64,000 nt of DNA, taken from Phoronis australis (lineage: Eukaryota; Animalia; Phoronida). The translations under genes were made by a program, and so were the position numbers. The notes under the pieces were generated by a model. That model saw nothing but the letters and a program-made list of their open reading frames with translations, did no database searches and was not told the origin of the DNA. Each line of letters starts with the position of its first letter. Position 1 is the stretch's first letter. The stretch lies in NCBI GenBank assembly GCA_002633005.1, contig NMRA01000236.1:26686-90685 (forward strand), read 5' to 3'. Shown in pieces: positions 54,525 through 64,000 of the stretch.

Positions 54525-54668
54525 TTAAGACGATTTCCAAAGCAATTGCGTCATTAATGCCAACACAAAAAACGCATTTGGTCTTTTGGGCGATTGTAGA
54601 CTATTTTAAATACAACAAATTTGTGGACCATAAATAAGTAAGTTTCTTAGTTTCTAACTGGAGTTAAA

Positions 54669-54739
54669 TCCTGGTGGTGCAGTGGTAAAGCACGCGCGCT
54701 CAATCCGCTAGGTCGTGAGTTCGAGTCCGTAAGACCTGC
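54669..54739 (+). other. tRNA-derived (SINE-head-like) fragment
   Basis: A box TGGTGCAGTGG and B box AGTTCGAGTCC at tRNA spacing. The acceptor stem does not pair. Confidence 0.55.
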
Positions 54740-55929
54740 AGTTTTTGCTGGTTGACTTTCTTCGTTTTTTATTGCCTTTTTTCTTGGAAAATACTTCGGG
54801 AATCAAGGAAAATGCTTGATTTTTAGAGGAAAAAACAAAAAAATTTCCTGGGCGGGAGGAGCCCCCCTTGTGATATCCTAGATCCGCCACTGGGTCAGTA
54901 CAATGATGATGTCGTTTGTTTACTACAATATAGTGAGAAACTTTCTAGAAAACTCTAGCATGACAGTGATTAATGCAGTCTGGAATATTCTAGAGACTAG
55001 TACATGTTTTGTAGAATGTTTGGGTAGATTCCGGAAAATTCTGGCATGTGCTTGAATTGATGAAAAGTTCTAGAATATTGCATTAGTCTATAAATACCCA
55101 AGCACGGTTTTGTATTAGTCAGTTAATCAGCAGTTAATCAGAAGAAAAACAGTTAAGCAGTTAAAGAGTTGCAGTGAAGGGAATCAGCAGTTACAGCGAG
55201 AGTCAATAGAGAGCCAGCTATAGAGACAGCAGGTTATTGAATCGGCGAGTGTAACAGTTGCTGGAAGTGTCTCAGAAGTTCATCACAAGTCAAGGCTTCG
55301 CAGCACTGGCTGGAGCATAGAACAGACATTACGTCTGATGTTTTGTTTAAGTAGGCTTGTGAACGTACGGTCGAGATTAATAAAGGATTAACTCGAACCA
55401 GTCTTCAGTCTATCGTCGCACCGAAAGCTATTAGCACCGGTCTTTAACAACCTGCGCCCACCCACACACGGGGAAAAACGTGAGATAATCTAATACATTC
55501 CAAAAGTAATTCGTAGGAAATGTTGAATGGATTTCTAATGTTGATTTCCCTAAAGCAATGTTTTATATATTTTTGTATGTCTTATGACCAGTTTTTAGGT
55601 ATATATGATAAAAGATTAGTATTATAATAGAAATGCTATAATATTGTTGTTGATTTCCTGTGTAAATCACAAAAATGTGTAGTTGAAGTTACGTTAATGA
55701 CAACACGTTGACTACGTTTGAGAAAATCACAATATAATATGTGTATTAGAAGTGTCTCAATCTTTTTCAATGTCACATTAAACCGGAGATCATGAACTGC
55801 TGATGCAGGTGAACTTAGGACCAAGACTACAAAACAGAAGAGTCAAACACAACGTACATTCAAGCTACACGGATGCCACAAGTCAATTTATCTCTGTATC
55901 GATGTTATCAGTAAAACATCAAGTAAAAT

Positions 55930-56700
55930 TCCACCCATTTTATCAGCACACCAGTTTACGCAATTTCTGGCCAATTTTTAGATCCCAGACGTTTGTGAGT
56001 GGGAATCTTTGAAGCATCTCATGAATGGTGTTGCTGCACTCCTCTCTCTCCCCAAATGCAAGCTCATCATCATTCTTTGACTTCACTGGCTATTTGTTTT
56101 TTTCCCTTTTATTGTCACAATTTTACATGAAGATTCTACAATCGCTTTCATCTGCTGCAACAATTTGTTTACCCCTGCAGCCGACAGGCCACATGGGACA
56201 ACTCCTGGGTGAGTCTTCAGTTTAGAACCCCTTGTTCTCAATGGTTTCGTCTAAAATTAAACGTCTGTATTTTAAAACCCTGGTAGGGTGTACCTTCACG
56301 TCGTGGGTAACATGTTCGTTGAAACTCGTTTCACAATAACAGTGAACTTGTTTCCTGAAATGAAACGAAAATTATGCTTGTTGTACATGTATTGTGCTCA
56401 TGGCAATTTAATGGAAATATGCTATGTTGCTGTTCAACAGAAAGGCGTCGAAAAATAAGAAATCCTGACAAAACTACAAAAACAAGCGTTGCGTTATATA
56501 TTCACACGTCATTTCTTCATAACTTCATGGTCAATTTATTAATTTAGTGCCAAAAATAACGGTAATTTGCCAAAGTGACATACAAATCCCCTTCGGCTCA
56601 TGCGATGCCTCGGTCAACGTAACTTTTCTCCAATTATTGGAAGAGGCACTAGCCTAAACCTCTACCTGCCGTTCTTCAATGTGTTACGCCTTGAACTCAT
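55930..56700 (-). pseudogene. Spliced pseudogene resembling the RAG1 N-terminal (CND)/Chapa zinc domain
   Basis: Exon 56700-56666 plus an exon from 56354 give one frame: MSSRRNTLKNGRKQVHCYCETSFNEHVTHDVKVHPTRVLKYRR..F*TEDSPRSCPMWPVGCRGK..KLVC*. Confidence 0.5.
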
Positions 56701-56916
56701 GTCTCTGTTTCCAGATTGGAAGTAAAAACAACACAAATTCATCAAATTTACTCACATTACCTGGCTTCCCTTCTCGCGCCAAATTTCGTTCTCGATCGCC
56801 CTCCGGGCATCTCGATCGCAGGTTAGTCGGGGTGTATAACCCACTGCTGGTTTTTCACAAGCATGGAAGGTACCTCCACTGAACCAGTTCCAGTGTTACC
56901 ATGGTAACCGATATTT

Positions 56917-58790
56917 TAGTGTATGTGCCGGTTTTGCTTACATAAGTCATAAAACAGTCACAAGCTATCAAAATTATTCAGTAAAGATTCGGTTTGAAGC
57001 AGAGACTGCTGTGGAAAATGTAGTCAAAAATGGCTCGTTCCGTACCAAGAAGCTGACGCATTTTGGCCCCCAGAAGGCTACCCTGGTATCTCCAAATCCA
57101 TAAAACTCTGTAGCGTCATACTTCACCCAATTTCATTAATCCTTAATGTGTTCATGAAATTTGACAAGAGGCACCAAAGCAAGAGGAGAGTCTGGGACAT
57201 CAAAAAACTACAGTTGTCTCTTGGTGCCGAAACTTGCACAGTTTTGCCATGTGCGCATGCAATAGGTGGTTGCAATACAACATTACATCTGTTCGGTTTT
57301 AGAAAGGCTCTCCCACTTAAGAAACTGCGTTATCGAAAATTCTGAGGAAAACGCTAGAGCATTCACTAGACCCATGCAGCTGAAGCAAAACATATTTGAA
57401 GATGGTAAGAGTTGCGTCTATGCCTTATGGCGGTACTGGCTCTGGAAACGTGGATGACTTGCGATACAGGCGATTTGCGGATGAGGTGTCAGACTAACCC
57501 CAGTCCAAATACAATCATTACCACCAGCTTTCTTCAGTAGCTAAATTCTACGCTGCCGGGACATATTATCAAGAGCAAGAGTGCATAGTCAAGTTTCCGT
57601 GGCAGTGACCTAGACTTGCTATATTGGGGATGGATGCTGGCAGGTGGAAAATTCATTTCCTCGACGACGGACCTGTCAGCAGCACCAGAGAACCTGCTGA
57701 AAGTAGTAAGATGCTCGGGCAAGACCAACTGCAGTTCCAAGAGGTGCACTTACAATAAGTTAGGATTACCGTGCTCGGCTGCATGTGGAGAATGCCGTGG
57801 TTTAAGCTGCCGCAATTCATTCTCAGTTGACAGAGAGTAGTTGCGTAAATACTGGTTGATTGTTTATAGATTTTGATCACAGACGGAGTATTACTGCTTC
57901 GGACACGGTGTAACATTACTAAAGAGAAGCCTAATTGGAGCTGTACAAGCGCTTATAAACTGTTTAACTTGCTAAACATACCTTACTAAACCTTTCTCCT
58001 GTCTCAACTGTTGCTGTATTCACTACCATTTACAACTAACTGGAGGTGACACAGACGGTGTGGATTGCAGATCACTAAATTAATCGCAGAGAGTTATTTT
58101 TGATACAGCACATTTTTTCAGGAGGAAAATGTTCCTTCAGTCCAGGCGAATCTGATGTTTTTCACCCAAATAAGTTATTATTCGTTAAACAATCTTGAAA
58201 GTTGTGGCCGTAATCATCAGAGCCAGAAAATGGACGTGCTGACGTAAAAAAATCAGGACACATGAAATCTGTGAAGATGGCGTGTCTCTGGAATCTGAAG
58301 TTCTTACACTAAGCAACTATTTGGTGGCCATCTTAGAAAATGGTGGAAGTAATCATCAGAGCCAAGATAGGTGAACCTTATAATGGTCATCTGCAAATCT
58401 GGCGGTCATTTTGTCCGCCATCTTGGAAATGGTGGAAGTAGTCATTAGAGCCAAATGCAATGAGTCTCAATGCATTAGTCGACCCAGAAAACCTATGATT
58501 CAATGTTTGAAGCAAGACGACACACTAATCTGTTCGTGCGAAGTTGTGTGACTCGAAGTAGTTTTAGCGGCCATCTTGGAAAATGGTGGACGGTGTCACC
58601 ACAACCATTCAAAACTATTTCCAATGGATTTGTTGACCCACGAAAGATAGGTAAATCTTTTTGAATTTTTACTCTGTCACATTCCACTCTGGAGCTATAA
58701 GGGTCATATGCAAATCTGGCGGCCATTTTGTCCGCCATCTTGAAAAACCAACTTCCGCCACTCCGATTCCGGTATACTTTTTTCACACTA
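56917..58790 (+). mobile_element. AcademX #3, internally deleted (XPG tail + Cys8 finger at 57148-57840)
   Basis: LPCAHAIGGCNTT, WGW..APENLLKVVRC..CSSKRC..LPCSAACGECRG..C, subterminal gccatcttggaaatgg repeats, and a CACACTA end. The left end (TAGTGT) is tentative and the TSD does not match. Confidence 0.7.
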
Positions 58791-59299
58791 AGGGGCGTGA
58801 GAGGATATGATTTATGCAATAAAACCTTCTGTTGCATTTTTTCCGGGTCATCCATAGAATGATTGGATTATAACTCACAGTAAGCAAATTCTTTGTTGAC
58901 AGGACAACCACAGAATGATATTGTTCATACAACACTGTAAGACTTAAAGAGTCGCGAGAGGGGAGGGGCAACCACGATTTTCGAAGGAAAATGTTATGAA
59001 AATGGTTTGTCGGCGGTGTTTTGCTTTTTAGCCTTGCAAATAAAAATAATTGAGCTTTGCAAAACGAATGTGACTTGAATTTCGACCCTCGCAAAAGGAG
59101 TCTTGCCAAACTACTGCTGTTTGTCTAGTAAGTTCATGTATCCTAATTCCATGATTGTTAACACTTTTCAGAAATAATGTAGAGCACCCTTGGGGCAGAG
59201 AAAATACGATTTTTTGATATATGATGAAATTGATTCGCAGTTTCCGGGCCAACCAGTAGCGAATATTCACTTTTTGTTGACATTTGTTGGTATCACTCA

Positions 59300-61592
59300 T
59301 AGTGTTGAAATGGCGTAACCACAAGTATCTTTCGACGTCAAGAAACCCCTTACCGCCAGACGATTTTTATGCGCCCACATATTTATATGTGGACGCATTA
59401 TTCCGTCATCTGCGTCCGTCCGTCCGTCCGTCCGTCCGTCCAGGCGGCGTCCGTCAGGCGTCCGGCGTCCGCTGCTCTATCTCCAAAACCATTTGACATA
59501 CGTTCATGAAATTTGGCACATATGTCCCATTCATGAATGGGACGGCATGAGCGAACTTTTAGACGGATCCGACTACCGGTGTGCCCCCTAGTGGCAATTT
59601 TAGTTTTTTACGCTTACCTTTGCATCTTCAAAAGTCCTCAACGGATTTTCATGCAATTTGGTATGTAGGCACCTAATAGTGAGATGACGCCATCCTCCTG
59701 TTTTCGGATGGATTTGACGTAGTTTGCGCCACCTAGTGGCTATTTTTACTGCTTTCGAGTCTGTTTTTGTGTCCACCCCTCTATCAACCAAACCGCTCAA
59801 AGGACGATTGTGAAAATTGGCATGTATGTGCTTGCTATGAAGAGGACGGTTGACGATGATTTTCCGAAGATTTCGACTACTGTGGCGCCTCCTAGTGGCA
59901 GTATTTTTTTTGCGCCTATGATTGTATCTCCTAAACCATTCACAGGATCTCTACGAAATTTAGTAAGTATATTAATATGATGTTAACAACAAACGTCGAC
60001 GACTTTTGGACGGATCCGACTTCCGGTGTGCCCCCTAGTGGCAATTTTATTTTTTTAAGTTAACCTTTGAGTCTTTAAAAGTGCTAAACGGATTTTCATG
60101 AAATTTAATATGTAGGCACCTATTAGTGAGATGAAGGCATCCTCCCGTTTTCGGATAGATTCGACGGAGTTTTTGCCACCTAGTGGCCATTTTTACTATT
60201 TTCGGGTCTGTTTTTGCGTCCACCTGTCTATCAACCAAACCGCTCAAAGGATGATTGTGAAAATTGGCTTGCATGTGCTTACTATAAGGAGGACGGGTGA
60301 CGATGATTTTACTACTGTGGCGACTCCTAGTGGCAGTTTTGTTTTTGTTGCGCCTATGGCTGTATCTCCTAAATCGTTCGCAGGATCTTTACTTAATTTA
60401 GCAAGTGTGTTTATATGATGTTGACTACGGATGTCGACGAATTTCGGACAGATCTGACTACTGCTGTGCCCCCCCTAGTGGCATATTAGTTTTTTACGTT
60501 AAACTCAGTATCTTCAAAGGTCCTCAACAGATTATCATAAAATTTTAAATATAGGCTTCTATTGGTGTAATGACTCTATCTTCCTGTTTTTGGATGGAAT
60601 CGAGGTATTTTGCACCACCTAGTGGCCATTTTTGCTGCTTTCAAATTTTGTTTTTGGCGTCCACCCCTGTTTCAACCAAGTCATTTGAAAATTGGCATAA
60701 TTATATGTTCTCAGTGTGAAGACGACCTTTGATGATGGTGACTGACTACTGTGGCACCTCCTAGTGGTAGTTTTGTTTTGCGCCCATAGTTGTATCCCTT
60801 AAACCCACTGCAGGATCTTTACTAAATTTAGTAAGTGTATTTATATGAAGATAACAACAGACGACGACGACGACTTTCAGGCAGATCCAACGGACACCGT
60901 GCCCACTAGTGGCAATTTCATTTTATTCTGTTTTCCTTTGTTTCTCTGAAGTTCCTTGACAGATTTTTATGACATATGGCATTTTTCCTGTTTTTGGATG
61001 GAGTGTATGTTTTGCGCCATCTAGTGGCCATTTTTATGATACAAATAAATAACCCTAAAAGCACACCATTTGCAATGCATTCGTGGACGCATTTCAATGC
61101 TCTGCGTTGCTCTTGTTGTCTTATTTTGTAGATCTAAGGTAGATCAACACATTGGTTGCTACTAAAATGCTCTGAAACCTTCGCAAGCTGAGATATCGAG
61201 ATACGAATTTAGCCATTTGTGACCGTTTCAAAAATCACAAAAAGTACTCAACTCATGCGGCTCTAAAAGTACAAACAAAACATTATCGAAATCTTTCAAA
61301 TTTGCATGAATAAAGTGGATGAAGGTCACACCTGATCAGTAACACAGCTTCAATATTTCAACGTTACTTCCACTGCGTAAAGTAACTGTTGAAATTTTAC
61401 TAAAACTCAACTGCAGCCAGGCTCAAAACTTGTCGGAAACAAATAGCATCCATGGAAACAAAAAGGAGGCGTTTTGAAAAAAAAAGATGACATGGAGTCA
61501 GTGGGGCCACTGTCATCAAACAGAGAAAATTTAAACACAATTTGTGACAAAGTGTTTATCACCCCCTGCCTGGTCTATCTGTGAACATGCTC
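59300..61592. mobile_element. Terminal part of a second Kolobok-like element (interrupted by the HINE)
   Basis: tttatcacc..tgcctggtc..gtgaacatgctc|TTAA is homologous to the 48868 end, and the subterminal region continues across the HINE. Confidence 0.65.
59364..61117 (+). mobile_element. Complete HINE/DINE-1-like element: 5' hairpin, (GTCC)n, ~440-bp higher-order repeat, 3' stem-loop, inserted in a T-tract
   Basis: atgcgcccacat..atgtggacgcat hairpin, (gtcc)n at 59414-59441, three-subunit repeats, and end gtggacgcatttcaatgctctgcgttgctcttgtt. Confidence 0.8.
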
Positions 61593-61596
61593 TTAA

Positions 61597-61780
61597 CCAT
61601 TCGGGTTCACACCGTAGAAATCCCAGCTGGCGTGCCGAGCATTGAAGTCGCCAACAAGAATGTCGGGATAGATGTGGATTGTGGAGAAAATTCCAATGGT
61701 CACATCTAGGGCAGGAGTCACCCAGATTGACTAGTGTGAATGGGTCGTGGAGACTAGGACCAGCGAACCGCTCAATCTCA
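61597..61780 (-). pseudogene. LINE apurinic-endonuclease fragment
   Basis: ILVGDFNARHASWDFYGVNPNG. Confidence 0.7.
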
Positions 61781-62794
61781 ACTTTTTTTCATAAAAAGGT
61801 ATCGACGTAATAATAATGGTACATAAATATAAAATATATATTAGCCTCAACTACTGCCAGCTCCTGCTTTATCATCCTTGGTAATTTCCCATTAAGTTGT
61901 ACCCAGCCAAGAATCAATGAGACGTAGTTATCTTAGCCAGCCGGGCACAAGCCCGTACCACCACAACTACTCGTGCTAGTGAAATGTAATTTATGTGTTC
62001 CACGTAAACCTGTACCGTATATGTGACAGTACTCCAACAACACTGCGATCATTAATCAAAGTGGCACTGAAAGTGCCATCGAACTTACGGTTCTCCAACA
62101 CACCTGTATTCCGTTCACGATCAATTATCATTACAGCGTTCTGTCGTTCAGTAACTTTTCCAGACCTGAGGGGTGCTGAACGTGCGATAACATCTGACTC
62201 TTTTGTTAACTGCCCAGCTCAGTCTCTTGTCCCGTATGATAACAAGCAGGCCAATTATCTCCCAGGCTTCAAAGGAAACGTATGGTGGTTGCACGCTATT
62301 ACCGAACGCGTATACAGAACACAGTCAAACCCAGTGCGTTGATAACCCGTTTGGATAGAATAGATTGTCTTAAATTCTGTTGTAGTTAGGCGATTTTGGT
62401 GACTCAAAAACGGGACATGATCAGCATTTGACGAGGAATTCAGAACTGCTATTGGTTTAAGCTCAAATATGTTATAACTTAACTTTCATTTTTATCAGCC
62501 CAGCCCAGTCAGGCTTGATACGATCTGATCGGAGATTAGAGCAATTATCGAACAAAAGAGCGCAGGCCCTCCAACCATAAGTGCCAGAACGGAGTTAATC
62601 AGTCGTGTAAGACATTGGCTACGAGGGTAAACTTCCCAACTTGTTGTTGGGCTATAGAATCGAACAAGTTGGGAGCAACAGGATGTCGCCGTCATGTGCC
62701 TAATGAGAAAGCATCACCCATTTGCTACGCTCTGCCGGAAGAGAATGTGAATTTACTAAGCTTAACGAAAGAATTTTCTCTGCACGCTCAACCC

Positions 62795-63200
62795 TCATGA
62801 TGAAAACCCAGCTAAAATGAACATTTCTCTGGTGCAGAAGAAACTCCCGCTCCCGGACAGACAAAATATCTTTGCGCAATTACGCTTCATAAAATCCACC
62901 CCCAGAATAACTGGAAAATCAATCTCATCTACAACTATCTGACTAAAACATAAATCTCCAATACTAAAACTAATTTCTATGTCACCGTAATCTATAATCC
63001 TGTTACTGGTAACATCAAATATATTTACGGAAATGGGACACAAATCTCGCGAGAATGAAACACAAGTAATGTTTCGAAATATATTGTGTCTTTTAATCAC
63101 GTTCCTTGATCAGATACTTTACCAATGCTCTGTTGAGTGTCGAACTTTGTTCCGAGGATACGAAAGGAATGGAATAAAGATTGTTAACAACGACAAGTGT
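62795..63200 (-). pseudogene. Gypsy-type aspartic protease remnant
   Basis: YGDIEISFSIGD..VVDEIDFPVILGVDFMKRNCAKI. Confidence 0.65.
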
Positions 63201-63675
63201 CGCGTATTTAACCAATTTTACATAACGGAAAACGTGCTACCGAGATTCAATATTACATAATGAAGACCCCGGTTAAATCTTAGTAGAGTTTCGTAGAATC
63301 AAGAATTTCGATAATGAAGATGGACTGATCACGTTCTTGGTTTGCAGTTCTCGGGGGATTTTTAGGTTTCCGTAATACTTTCGCGTTTACTGAACTCTCC
63401 TTGCTTAAATCAGCAATAGCGGCACCTGGTTGCTAAGTGGATGATGGCAAAAAGTAAGCATTTTGAAAAATACCTGATAACACCTAAAACTGAGGAGAAA
63501 CTGTCAGAAAATAACCCGTTATGTGATGTTTAAGACCGCAGCTAGTGTAGTAAAATGAGGTTTCGAAATTGTCAGGTTTTTTAGTTGAGCGGGAAAATAT
63601 GGCTATGTCGTGTGATCAATTTGGCCGTGCGTCAAGACATTTAGATGGCGTGGCAGAATGACGCAAAACATTTAA

Positions 63676-63712
63676 AACAAGAGCAACGCAGAGCGTTGAA
63701 ATGCGTCCACAA
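63676..63712 (-). repeat. 3' end of a third HINE-family element with a different body (continues past the window end)
   Basis: aacaagagcaacgcagagcgttgaaatgcgtccac. Confidence 0.7.
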
Positions 63713-64000
63713 TTGCACCGCATACGGTATCCTTCTAGGGTTCTTTATTGGTACCATAAAGTGGCCAGTAGAGGGCATATATGTAGTATGTTGTACTTTG
63801 CAAAATGGAAAGGCATGGTACTTGTCTCCTCAATAGGCTAGGGGCAAAATGTGAGTAATCTTCATAATACAAGCACATCCTATACACCAGTTGCTTAAAG
63901 CACCACAGAAACATAGAATTAAAAACAAATTTACCAACATACGAGATTAGCACAGCATTAGAATGCCAGAAACAAATTTCTACTTGGAACTTTTCCTTCA

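Larger units (their letters stand above)
48454..54892. mobile_element. hAT5-like non-autonomous element split by the Kolobok-like element
   Basis: cataggcggatttagg .. cctagatccgccactg termini with 5-bp flanks agtca/ggtca. Confidence 0.6.
48413..55497 (+). mobile_element. Probable solo LTR (48413-48453 + 54893-55497) split by nested insertions
   Basis: aactttctagaaaact motif on both sides of the insertion, TATAAATA (~55089), AATAAA (~55379) and TG..CA ends. The TSD is poor. Confidence 0.5.
47167..56834. mobile_element. CAC-terminal DNA transposon (RAG-like/Transib/Chapaev group), internally deleted and hosting nested insertions
   Basis: ~52-bp TIRs cacccaggccaacccgcgatcgagaacg.. and caccccgactaacctgcgatcgaga.. 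(reverse complement), with TATAA duplicated at 47162-47166 and 56835-56839. Confidence 0.8.

Noticed and set aside
54669-54739. Functional tRNA gene
   Set aside because: The acceptor and anticodon stems do not pair, and it lies inside a non-autonomous element.
1-64000. Whole window as a uni-strand piRNA cluster
   Set aside because: TE orientations are mixed outside 14-25 kb, and this cannot be judged without small-RNA data.

Overview
This is eukaryotic genomic DNA, most likely from a marine invertebrate (inferred from spliceosomal introns and the transposon families present). There are no prokaryotic features and no CRISPR array. Most of the window is nested, decayed transposons. One apparently intact host gene, which the ORF track splits into pieces, lies on the minus strand. 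It has three exons (40558-40431, 30982-30607, 25675-25535), a TATA box and an AATAAA signal, and encodes a ~214-aa secreted protein: signal peptide, acidic pro-like region, then one F5/8 type C (discoidin) domain. DNA transposons include three AcademX elements, an ISL2EU-type element (THAP-DDE plus YqaJ), a KIAA1586/ZNF862-type hAT with an exact 8-bp TSD, Kolobok-like elements, Helentron-type HINEs and several MITEs. Retroelements include Gmr1-type and conventional Gypsy remnants and LOA, RTE and RTEX LINEs. The most notable observation is a 9.7-kb element (47167-56834) with CAC...GTG TIRs and a 5-bp TSD. Its right end starts a spliced pseudogene resembling the RAG1/Chapaev N-terminal zinc domain, and its left end starts a second, convergent spliced unit, so it is a candidate decayed RAG-like transposon. 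All alignments and counts were done by eye, and boundaries without a TSD are approximate.
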